A stretch of 64,000 nt of DNA, taken from assembly GCA_946407735.1 (NCBI GenBank), contig CAMJPL010000001.1:216182-280181 (forward strand), given 5' to 3'. Position 1 is the stretch's first letter. Each line of letters begins with the position of its first letter. Below are positions 38,406-45,972 of the stretch, one piece after another. Under the pieces are notes generated by a model. It had not been told where the DNA came from, searched no databases, and was given only the letters and a program-made list of their open reading frames with translations. This DNA is from an uncultured Clostridia bacterium (lineage in GTDB: Bacteria > Bacillota > Clostridia > Oscillospirales > CAG-272). The translations under genes were made by a program, and so were the position numbers.

Positions 38406-39605
38406 ATGGACGAGAACAACGGCTACAATCATTCGGCGATAGATCTTTCACAGCAGGCGGCGGCTTCGCCCATGCCCGAGCTCACGCTCAACTACTCCGA
38501 GCCGCAGCAGGCGGCTTCGCAGCCCCAGCCGATGCAGCTGCAGCAGCAGGCGGCTCAGGCGGCGGTCGACACCTCCCTCGACGAGAGCAAGCTCTCGCCC
38601 GAGGAGCAGAAGATGGTCTCCGATTTCTCGAAGAAGATCGACATCAAGGACTCGACGATGGTCATGACGTACGGCGGCACCGCCCAGCAGAAGGTGGCCG
38701 ACTTCTCCGATTCCGCCCTCGCGCAGGTGCGCACGAAGGATCTCGGCGAGACCGGCGGCATGATCCTCGATCTCGTCGATCAGCTGAAAACCTTCTCGGC
38801 GCTCGAGCAGGAGAAGGGCTTCAAGCTCTTCCGCAAGCCGGTAGACAAGCTGGCTCAGATGAAGGGGAAGTATGACAAGGTCTCGGTCTCGGTCGACAAG
38901 ATCGCCGGGGAGCTCGAGCAGCATCAGGTACAGCTGCTGAAAGACATCTCGGTGATGGACAAGCTGTACGAGGTCAACCTCGCCAACTTCAAGGAGCTCT
39001 CGCTGTACATAATCGCCGGGCGCAAGGCTCTCGGCGAGGCGAGGAACACCACGCTGAAGGACCTGACTACGAAGGCCGCCCAGTCTGGTCTGCCGGAGGA
39101 CGCTCAGGCGGCGAACGACTACGCCCAGCTCTGCGACCGCTTCGAGAAGAAGCTTCACGACCTCGAGCTCACCCGCATGGTGGCCATCCAGTCGGGACCG
39201 CAGATCAGGCTCATCCAGAACAACGACACGATCATGACCGAGAAGATCCAGACGACGGTCATGAACACCATCCCGCTCTGGAAGTCGCAGATGCTGATCG
39301 CCATGGGTCTCCAGCACTCGCAGCAGGCTCTCCAGGCCGAGCAGGCGGTCACCGACATGACGAACGCCCTTCTCAAGAAGAACGCCGACATGCTCAAGAC
39401 CGGCACCATCGCCGTCGCGAAGGAGGCCGAGCGCGGCATCGTCGACATCGAGACGCTGAACTATACCAACGCTCAGCTCATCTCCACCCTCGACGAGGTG
39501 CTGAAGATCCAGAACGAGGGCCGCGAGAAGAGAAAGAACGCCGAGGTCGAGCTCGTCCGCATGGAAGGCGAGCTGAAGCAGAAGCTGCTCGACATCCATC
39601 AGTGA
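38406..39605 (+). CDS. Toxic anion resistance protein, TelA/YaaN family
   Basis: 399 aa. MVMTYGGTAQQKVADFSDSALAQVRTKDLGETGGMILDLV is typical of TelA. RBS AGAGAGGAAA. Confidence 0.8.
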   Translation: MDENNGYNHSAIDLSQQAAASPMPELTLNYSEPQQAASQPQPMQLQQQAAQAAVDTSLDESKLSPEEQKMVSDFSKKIDIKDSTMVMTYGGTAQQKVADFSDSALAQVRTKDLGETGGMILDLVDQLKTFSALEQEKGFKLFRKPVDKLAQMKGKYDKVSVSVDKIAGELEQHQVQLLKDISVMDKLYEVNLANFKELSLYIIAGRKALGEARNTTLKDLTTKAAQSGLPEDAQAANDYAQLCDRFEKKLHDLELTRMVAIQSGPQIRLIQNNDTIMTEKIQTTVMNTIPLWKSQMLIAMGLQHSQQALQAEQAVTDMTNALLKKNADMLKTGTIAVAKEAERGIVDIETLNYTNAQLISTLDEVLKIQNEGREKRKNAEVELVRMEGELKQKLLDIHQ

Positions 39606-39671
39606 CGGAAAATCCCGTCGCTTGCCGGATTCAGCGGAACTTTTTCGGGCGGATGACCGTCTGACAGACAG

Positions 39672-40313
39672 ATGAAAAGCAATACCAAAACAAAATCCGG
39701 GACCGAGCCGCTCAGGTTCGTCAAAGTCGGCGACACCTCCCTCGCCGTGATCCCGGAGAGCGAAAAGAAGAATCCCCCCGCCGCCGTCGGAGCGGTGATA
39801 ATGGCGGCGATGATCGCGCTGTCGCTCATCGCCGGTCCGGCGAGATGGCTGATCCCGGAGCGGAGCAGGGTGTCGAAGGCGTTTTACGACGGGAGCAAGG
39901 TATCGGACGGAGTTTCGATAAACGACGATCTCGTCAGGCTGTCCGACTCCGCCTACAACATGGCGGCTCTCGCCGAGCAGACGCTCGGAGACGGCGGCAA
40001 CGTCGGCGAGGTAAAGCGGCTCGCCTACGAGCTTAACGAGGACGGCACGATATCGGCGAAATTCGCCGACTACACCGAGCTGAAATACGCCTCGTCCCGT
40101 CTCTATTCGGAGATATCCGAGCAGACCGGGCTTTCCGAGACCCAGTCGCGGCTGATAAAGCAGTGCTACTCCGACATCCAGTCGCGGGCGCTCACCATCG
40201 AGAACAACGAGTACAACGGGCTCGCCGAGAAATACAACGGCAGGCTCACCCGATTCCCCGCGTCGATCGCGGGATGGCTGTTCGGACTGAAAGAGGCCGA
40301 GCTGTTCAAATGA
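39672..40313 (+). CDS. LemA-like membrane protein (divergent)
   Basis: One TM helix. C-terminal YNGLAEKYNGRLTRFPASIAGWLFGLKEAELF matches the LemA YN..FP...FG...F signature. Stop overlaps the next start (ATGA). Confidence 0.6.
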   Translation: MKSNTKTKSGTEPLRFVKVGDTSLAVIPESEKKNPPAAVGAVIMAAMIALSLIAGPARWLIPERSRVSKAFYDGSKVSDGVSINDDLVRLSDSAYNMAALAEQTLGDGGNVGEVKRLAYELNEDGTISAKFADYTELKYASSRLYSEISEQTGLSETQSRLIKQCYSDIQSRALTIENNEYNGLAEKYNGRLTRFPASIAGWLFGLKEAELFK

Positions 40314-41251
40314 CAAGAAAAGCATTGAGATTCATCCTTCCGGTACTTATCCTGATAACGGCGATCCTGTCGCCTTTATCAAGCTTTGCCTACAAGGTGC
40401 CGGCCGCGCCGAAGAACGGCGGCGTATATGACGACGCCGGGGTGATGGACGCGGCGGACATCGAGCACATCCTGACGCTCAACGACAGGCTTGACGACTA
40501 CTGCGGCGGGCAGATCGCCGTGGCGGTGTTCACCGGCCTCGGCGGCGCCGACATAGCCACATACGCGAACGACGTCTTCAACGAGTGGGGAGTCGGCAGC
40601 AAGACGAAGAACAACGGCGTGCTGCTGCTCATGTCCATAGCCGACGCCGACTACTGGGTCGTTCAGGGCAAGGGCATCGAGGACGACATAACGTCCGGCG
40701 AGCTCAGCCTCATCCTTGACGACGAGCTCGAGCCGTATTTCGCGAAAGAGGAATACTCGAAAGGAGCCGTCAGCTTCGCCGACGCCGTCTATCAGAGATA
40801 CGCCTCTGTCTACGGCTTCTCGTCGTCGATACCTCAGGCAGAGCCGCAGGTGCAGTATATCGAAGGCTACGGCGGCGGACTGCCGAAGTTCAGCTTTTCC
40901 GGGCTGCTGAGATTCGCGCTGTACGTCTTCCTGCTCTATCTCGCCGTCAGGATGATAGCCTCGCTGCTCCGCTCATGCTGCGGAGACGATGACGGCTGCG
41001 GCTGCTGGAGCTGCTGTCTGCCGATGCTCTGCTGCGGCGGAGACGGTGGGTACAGAGGCTCGGGCGGCGGCTGGAGAGGCCCCCCTCCCGGAGGCTTCGG
41101 CGGTACACGCGGCGGCTTCGGCGGCACGCGCGGGAGCTTCGGAGGCGGAGTAGGACGCACGAGCGGCGGATCGAGCTTCGGAGGCAGCCATCACGGCGGC
41201 TTCGGCGGCGGCTCGTCGAGAGGCGGAGGCGCCGGAAGAGGCAGACACTGA
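40310..41251 (+). CDS. TPM domain protein (YgcG-like) with a Cys-rich juxtamembrane segment and a Gly/Arg-rich tail
   Basis: Signal peptide, then VYDDAGVMD...GGQIAVAVF...NNGVLLLMSIADADYWVVQGKG (TPM/TLP18.3 fold). C-terminal TM, then CCGDDDGCGCWSCCLPMLCCGG, then GGFGG repeats. Confidence 0.8.
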   Translation: MTRKALRFILPVLILITAILSPLSSFAYKVPAAPKNGGVYDDAGVMDAADIEHILTLNDRLDDYCGGQIAVAVFTGLGGADIATYANDVFNEWGVGSKTKNNGVLLLMSIADADYWVVQGKGIEDDITSGELSLILDDELEPYFAKEEYSKGAVSFADAVYQRYASVYGFSSSIPQAEPQVQYIEGYGGGLPKFSFSGLLRFALYVFLLYLAVRMIASLLRSCCGDDDGCGCWSCCLPMLCCGGDGGYRGSGGGWRGPPPGGFGGTRGGFGGTRGSFGGGVGRTSGGSSFGGSHHGGFGGGSSRGGGAGRGRH

Positions 41252-41293
41252 TATCGGTAAAGCAAAAATAATCATCAATAAGGAGGAGCCGCA

Positions 41294-41581
41294 ATGATCA
41301 CTTATCTTCTTCTGCGCGCCATATGGCGCTCTCTGTTCGGCCGCAGGTACTACGCGGCTCCGCCGAGAAGCAGGGGCTGCGGCAGCGGATACGGCAGGTA
41401 TCCCCGCGGCCGCTCGTACTTCTATGTCCGTCCGCGCGTGACTCCTCCGCCGAGAACTGGGAGATCGCCGCTCGGCGGCATGAGAGGCCCTGTCAGAGGC
41501 CCGGGCTTCGGAAGCCGGCATCACGGCGGCTTCGGCGGCGGCATGAGCCGCGGAGGCGGAGCCGGCAGGGGCAGAAAATAA
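41294..41581 (+). CDS. Small membrane-anchored Arg/Gly/Pro-rich protein (95 aa)
   Basis: N-terminal hydrophobic helix. The C-terminal RHHGGFGGGMSRGGGAGRGRK is nearly identical to the tail of the preceding TPM protein. RBS AAGGAGGAG. Confidence 0.6.
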   Translation: MITYLLLRAIWRSLFGRRYYAAPPRSRGCGSGYGRYPRGRSYFYVRPRVTPPPRTGRSPLGGMRGPVRGPGFGSRHHGGFGGGMSRGGGAGRGRK

Positions 41582-41596
41582 ATAATTCGCATAACC

Positions 41597-41629
41597 GACG
41601 CGGAGAAACGATTCCCCGCGTCTTTTTTT
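41597..41629 (+). terminator. Rho-independent terminator
   Basis: GACGCGG / CCGCGTC stem followed by TTTTTTT. Confidence 0.75.
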
Positions 41630-41657
41630 ATCGCTCCGACAAATCCCGTTAACCCTA

Positions 41658-41686
41658 TTGACATTTTATTTTAACCGGGGTATAAT
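41658..41686 (+). promoter_or_regulatory. Consensus sigma-A promoter for the binding-protein gene
   Basis: TTGACA, 17-nt spacer, TATAAT. Confidence 0.7.
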
Positions 41687-41739
41687 AATAAATGTCATTT
41701 CATGATATTTTTAAGAAAATCATATCGAGGGCACGACCT

Positions 41740-43242
41740 ATGAAAAGAATCATCCCGGCGATCATGACGCTTCTCACCCTGCTCTGCGCCTGCGGCGAGG
41801 CCGCTGTTTCGGCTCCGGCCGAGACTTCGGCGGCCGCGGCGTCGACCGAAGCCGCCACGGAATCAGAGACCGAGACCGAGATATTCCCCGACGTTCCGGA
41901 CGATCTCGACTTCGGCGGCAGGACCTTCACGATACTCTGCAACGAATACCCGGTCCCGGGATGGACGCAGTACGACATCGACGCCGAGGAGCTGAACGGC
42001 TCGCCGGTGAACGACGCGGTCTACACCCGCAACAGCGTCATCGAGGAAAAATACAACTGCGTGATAAACGAGAGAAAGATAGACTACGGTCAGGTCTCGA
42101 CGACGCTGTCAAAGGTCGTGAAGGCCGGAGACCCGGCGATCGACATCGCGACCCCGCTGTTCTGGTGCGGGCAGATAGCCACGAACGCCACGGCCGGGCT
42201 TTTCGTCGACCTCAACACCGTGCCGACGATGAACCTCTCGTCCCCGTGGTACGATCAGCAGTCGGTCAGGGACTTCGGGCTGATGGACAGGCTGTATTTC
42301 ATCACGTCGGATCTGACGATAGGCGACCTCATCGCGACGGCCGGCATGGTGTTCAACAAGAAGCTCTACGACGACTATCAGTACGCGTCGAGCTACGGCG
42401 ACATCTATGATCTCGTCCGAAGCGGCAGGTGGACGCTCGAGATGATGAAGACGATGGTACTCTCCCTCTCGTCCGACCTCAACGGCGACGGCGTGATGAA
42501 CGACCTCGACTTCTACGGGCTGCTCTATCAGCGCGACTCGCTGCCCAGCTTCTTCAACGCCTTCGGGATGCGCGTGGCCGACGTCGACGGCGACGGGATG
42601 CCGGTGTACACGCTGATAAACGACACGAACGCCGTCAAGCTTGACGCCCTGTTCTCCTTCCTTTACACAAAGGAGAACTGCTTCCACGTCATGAACTGGT
42701 TCGACAAGACCTCGACCGACTTCACGACCGGCATGTGCAACATGTTCATGAACAATCAGGGCATGTTCATGTGGATACGCTTCGCCGACGTCGAGATGCT
42801 GAGGAACATGGACATCGACTTCGGCATCATCCCGGTGCCGAAGTGGGACGAGCCTCAGGAGCAGTATTACAGCGCGGTGAACCAGCATATGGGCACGGCG
42901 ACCGTCATCCCGGTCTCATGCGAGAGCGTCGATATGGAGGGCTATTTCCTCGAGGTGCTCTGCTGCGAGTCGATGAAGAAGCTCATCCCCGCCTATTACG
43001 ACGTGACGCTGCAGGGCAAGGTGACCCGCGACGAGGAGAGCGTCGACATGCTCGACCTCATATTCGAGAACCGCGTCTACGATATAGGCTCGATCTTCAA
43101 CTTCGGCAACTTCGGGCAGGATATGTACCAGATGACCGTCACCTACGATTCGTCCTACGCCTCGATCTGGGCGAAGAAGGAGTCGAAATACGCGACCGCG
43201 CTCGAGAAATTCATAACGAAGTATCAGGAAATAGGCATGTGA
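41740..43242 (+). CDS. Extracellular solute-binding lipoprotein (LplA/LipO-like)
   Basis: I chose the ATG at 41740 (MKRIIPAIMTLLTLLCACG), downstream of the predicted TSS; the track start at 41692 lies at the TSS. DLNGDGVMNDLD loop. IDFGIIPVPKW motif. Confidence 0.85.
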   Translation: MKRIIPAIMTLLTLLCACGEAAVSAPAETSAAAASTEAATESETETEIFPDVPDDLDFGGRTFTILCNEYPVPGWTQYDIDAEELNGSPVNDAVYTRNSVIEEKYNCVINERKIDYGQVSTTLSKVVKAGDPAIDIATPLFWCGQIATNATAGLFVDLNTVPTMNLSSPWYDQQSVRDFGLMDRLYFITSDLTIGDLIATAGMVFNKKLYDDYQYASSYGDIYDLVRSGRWTLEMMKTMVLSLSSDLNGDGVMNDLDFYGLLYQRDSLPSFFNAFGMRVADVDGDGMPVYTLINDTNAVKLDALFSFLYTKENCFHVMNWFDKTSTDFTTGMCNMFMNNQGMFMWIRFADVEMLRNMDIDFGIIPVPKWDEPQEQYYSAVNQHMGTATVIPVSCESVDMEGYFLEVLCCESMKKLIPAYYDVTLQGKVTRDEESVDMLDLIFENRVYDIGSIFNFGNFGQDMYQMTVTYDSSYASIWAKKESKYATALEKFITKYQEIGM

Positions 43243-43253
43243 CATCACGCCGT

Positions 43254-43297
43254 CCTCCCCGCGCTTCCCCCATGCGGCGGCGCGGGGAGGAATTTTT
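43254..43297 (+). terminator. Rho-independent terminator
   Basis: 11-bp stem CCTCCCCGCGC / GCGCGGGGAGG followed by AATTTTT. Confidence 0.75.
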
Positions 43298-43327
43298 GCC
43301 TTAATTTTTAACATTTTTCGAAACCGC

Positions 43328-43356
43328 TTGACAAACGCGTCTGTCTGTGCTATAAT
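43328..43356 (+). promoter_or_regulatory. Consensus sigma-A promoter for the tRNA gene
   Basis: TTGACA, 17-nt spacer, TATAAT, about 25 nt upstream of the tRNA 5' end. Confidence 0.75.
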
Positions 43357-43380
43357 ATATAGCGTCCTCGAAAAAAGGAT

Positions 43381-43458
43381 GCGTCATTAGCTCAGCCCGG
43401 ATAGAGTGCCTGGCTACGAACCAGTAGGTCGCAGGTTCGAATCCTGCATGACGCGCCA
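43381..43458 (+). tRNA. tRNA-Arg (anticodon ACG), CCA encoded
   Basis: Manual cloverleaf: acceptor GCGTCAT/ATGACGC, D arm GCTC..GAGT, anticodon loop CTACGAA (identical to the E. coli tRNA-Arg-ACG loop), T arm GCAGG-TTCGAAT-CCTGC, 3' GCCA. Confidence 0.9.
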
Positions 43459-43461
43459 TAG

Positions 43462-43489
43462 CCCGGTTCCAATAGGAGCCGGGTTTTTT
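43462..43489 (+). terminator. Rho-independent terminator after the tRNA
   Basis: CCCGGTTCC / GGAGCCGGG stem (one G-U pair) followed by TTTTTT. Confidence 0.75.
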
Positions 43490-43688
43490 GTGCGTTTTGA
43501 ACAAAAATGACGCAAAAAATTTGTTTACTATTGGTATTGAAAAAACCCCAAAATGTGTTAAAATATATATTAAGAGAACATACGTCCATCGTCATCGGGG
43601 AGACAGATAATGATTTGAGGAACGGAGAGTTCCGGCGGGCGGCATGTTTTCGAAGGAGGTTTTTCACCGTATACAGAGAGGAAACACA

Positions 43689-44540
43689 ATGAAAATCAGG
43701 AAAATAGCTGTTTTCGCGCTCGCCGCGGCGGCCGCGCTCATGATGACCGCGATCCCGTCGTTCGCCGCGCTGGAATATGTGACGAGCGAGGTGCAGTATC
43801 AGCTGGACACTCTGCCGGACGAGTATAAGGACGCCAAGGTCGTGGCTCTGGCCGATTTCTGGGAGGAGGGCGCCTCGGACGCCCGTCACGGCGGCATCTT
43901 TGACAAGGAAAACGACAACGGGGATATAATCGAGTTCGATTACCTGTTCCTCAAGGCTGACGGCGTCGGCGATTTCGTCATCCCGTTCACCGTCGAGAAG
44001 GACGGGTACTACAAGTTCGCGCTCAGGCTGATGGGATGGACGGCGAGCGTGCCGCGCTCCACCGAGTTCTGCATCGACGACGGCCCGATGGTCTACTTCG
44101 TGCGCGACTACGTCGAGGAAAACCAGTATCACAACGACTATGTCTACGGCGTCTCCGCCGTGCTCACCGCCGGCGAGCACAAGGTGACCTTCTCGCTTGC
44201 CGACGACTTCGACGACAGCGAGGTGAAGTCGCTTTACATGTGCGATTTCTACTACGCCGAGGCCGAGCTGCCGCAGGAGTCCGCTCCGGCTCCCGAGACT
44301 GCCGCTCCCGAGACTGCCGCGCCTGAGACCGCGGCTCCCGAACCGGCTCCGGCGCCCGCTCCCGCTCCGGCTGAGCCCGCTCCGGCTCCCGTCGCTGAGA
44401 CTGCCGCTCCGGTCGCCGCCGCCGCTCCGGCCGCTCCGGCTCCCGCCGCTCAGACCGGCGACGCCGGACTGCCGATACTTCTCGCGGCTGCCGTCATTTC
44501 CGTCGGATCGGCTGTCGTCATCAGCCGCAGACGCAGCTGA
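43689..44540 (+). CDS. Secreted beta-sandwich (CBM-like) protein with a Pro/Ala linker and a C-terminal anchor/sorting signal
   Basis: I chose the ATG at 43689 (MKIRKIAVFALAAAAALMMTAIPSFA, RBS AGAGAGGAAA). C-terminus reads AAQTGDAGLPILLAAAVISVGSAVVISRRRS. Confidence 0.7.
   Translation: MKIRKIAVFALAAAAALMMTAIPSFAALEYVTSEVQYQLDTLPDEYKDAKVVALADFWEEGASDARHGGIFDKENDNGDIIEFDYLFLKADGVGDFVIPFTVEKDGYYKFALRLMGWTASVPRSTEFCIDDGPMVYFVRDYVEENQYHNDYVYGVSAVLTAGEHKVTFSLADDFDDSEVKSLYMCDFYYAEAELPQESAPAPETAAPETAAPETAAPEPAPAPAPAPAEPAPAPVAETAAPVAAAAPAAPAPAAQTGDAGLPILLAAAVISVGSAVVISRRRS
44271..44452 (+). repeat. Coding Pro/Ala/Glu/Thr linker repeats
   Basis: Translates to APETAAPETAAPETAAPEPAPAPAPAPAEPAPAPVAETAAP inside the 43689 CDS. 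Confidence 0.9.
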
Positions 44541-44572
44541 GCGCTGATGGCTCAGAGCTGAGCTTAATGCTT

Positions 44573-44604
44573 TGTGAGCATATAGCTCTGTGAGCATAAA
44601 GCTC
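44573..44604 (+). repeat. Tandem 16-bp direct repeat
   Basis: TGTGAGCATATAGCTC followed immediately by TGTGAGCATAAAGCTC. Flanked by small palindromes GCTCAGAGCTGAGC and TGAATGATTCA. Confidence 0.8.
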
Positions 44605-44686
44605 TGAATGATTCAGGAAAAGTCAGTATCATTATTTCCGATCACCTTTAAGAGGGAAAATCCGCCGCAGCAGGGGACGGCGGAAC

Positions 44687-44722
44687 GACCGAGGCCCGTT
44701 TTCGGGGCTCCGGTCTTTTTTT
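44687..44722 (+). terminator. Probable rho-independent terminator
   Basis: Imperfect stem GACCGAGGCCCG / CGGGGCTCCGGTC around a TTTT loop, followed by TTTTTTT. Confidence 0.6.
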
Positions 44723-44743
44723 GCGAAAAAAAGCAAAAAGGTG

Positions 44744-44772
44744 TTGATAAACCGCCGCGGATGGGATATAAT
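44744..44772 (+). promoter_or_regulatory. Sigma-A type promoter for sbcDC
   Basis: TTGATA, 17-nt spacer, TATAAT. Confidence 0.65.
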
Positions 44773-44817
44773 ATTAGTACAGACACAAACGGATCAAACG
44801 ACATTTTCTATCGGGAC

Positions 44818-45972
44818 ATGACCTTCCTTCATACAGGCGACCTTCATCTCGGAAAGAGGCAGAACGGCTTCGACAGGATCCCCGACCAGCGGGATATCCT
44901 TGAGAAGATAACCGGCATCTGCCGCGAAAGAAGACCGGACGCCCTTCTCATCTGCGGCGACGTTTACGACGCGGCTTTCCCGCCGCGCGACGCCGTCACC
45001 CTGCTCGACGATTTCATATGCGGCGTGTCCATGCTCGGCGTGAAGGTGCTGATGATATCCGGCAACCACGACAGCGCCGAGCGTCTGCGCTTCGGCGGGC
45101 GGCTGATGAGCCGGGCCGGGGTATATATCGCCGGTGAGACCGACCGGCTGCCGATCGCCTTCGAGACGCTCGGCGACGGCTATGGCGATGTGAGGTTCGT
45201 TATGCTGCCGTTCCTTCGCGCCGCCGATATAAGGAACATGCTCGGAGACGGTGCTCCCGACGATCCCGCAGAGGCTTTCAAAGCCCTTTTCGATACTCTG
45301 CCGCCGTTCAGCGGCAGGCAGGTGCTGCTCAGCCATCAGTTTTATCTGCCGTCGTCGGGAGATATCTTCCGCTGCGACTCTGAATCGCCGACGGTAGGCG
45401 GGCTCGACGCGCTGCCCGTCTCGGCTCTTGACGGCTTCTGCTACGCCGCACTCGGGCATATACACACCCCTCAGGCGGTCGGCAGGGAGAGTGTCAGATA
45501 CTGCGGCTCGCCGCTGAAATATTCGGCTTCGGAGGCCTTCGCCGAAAAATCCGTACCTTTCGTCACGCTCGGAGAGGACGGCGAAGCTTCGGTCGAGCTC
45601 ATCCCGCTGAAGCCGGAGCGGGACGTAAGGGTGATATCCGGCTCCTTCGATTCGCTCATCGGAGCCGCCGCGTCGACGGATCCGGGGGAGAGGGAGCATT
45701 ATTACTACGTCACGCTGAAGGGCGGGGACGAGCCGCCGGACGCGATGGCAAGGCTGAGATACTGGTATCCGAACATAATGCAGCTGTCGGTCGAGGCGGC
45801 GGGATCGCCTTCTGTGTTCGATGACTCCGACGGCGACTCATATGACGGCGGCTCGACAGCCGAGCTGTTCTCCGAGTTTTTCGGGATGCAGAACGGACGC
45901 GCGCCGGATGATAGCGAGCTGCGGCTGATAGACGAGGCGCTGATGTCGTCCGGGGAGGAGGATCGCCCATGA
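44818..45972 (+). CDS. sbcD: Exonuclease SbcD (Mre11-type nuclease)
   Basis: I chose the ATG at 44818. MTFLHTGDLHLGK, ICGDVYD and ISGNHDS phosphoesterase motifs. Confidence 0.9.
   Translation: MTFLHTGDLHLGKRQNGFDRIPDQRDILEKITGICRERRPDALLICGDVYDAAFPPRDAVTLLDDFICGVSMLGVKVLMISGNHDSAERLRFGGRLMSRAGVYIAGETDRLPIAFETLGDGYGDVRFVMLPFLRAADIRNMLGDGAPDDPAEAFKALFDTLPPFSGRQVLLSHQFYLPSSGDIFRCDSESPTVGGLDALPVSALDGFCYAALGHIHTPQAVGRESVRYCGSPLKYSASEAFAEKSVPFVTLGEDGEASVELIPLKPERDVRVISGSFDSLIGAAASTDPGEREHYYYVTLKGGDEPPDAMARLRYWYPNIMQLSVEAAGSPSVFDDSDGDSYDGGSTAELFSEFFGMQNGRAPDDSELRLIDEALMSSGEEDRP

Noticed and set aside
43392-44597. A 401-aa minus-strand ORF spanning the tRNA-Arg gene and the secreted-protein gene.
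   Set aside because: It overlaps a well-folded tRNA and is antisense to a CDS that has a signal peptide, RBS and terminator. Its translation is Ser/Gly/Arg low complexity.
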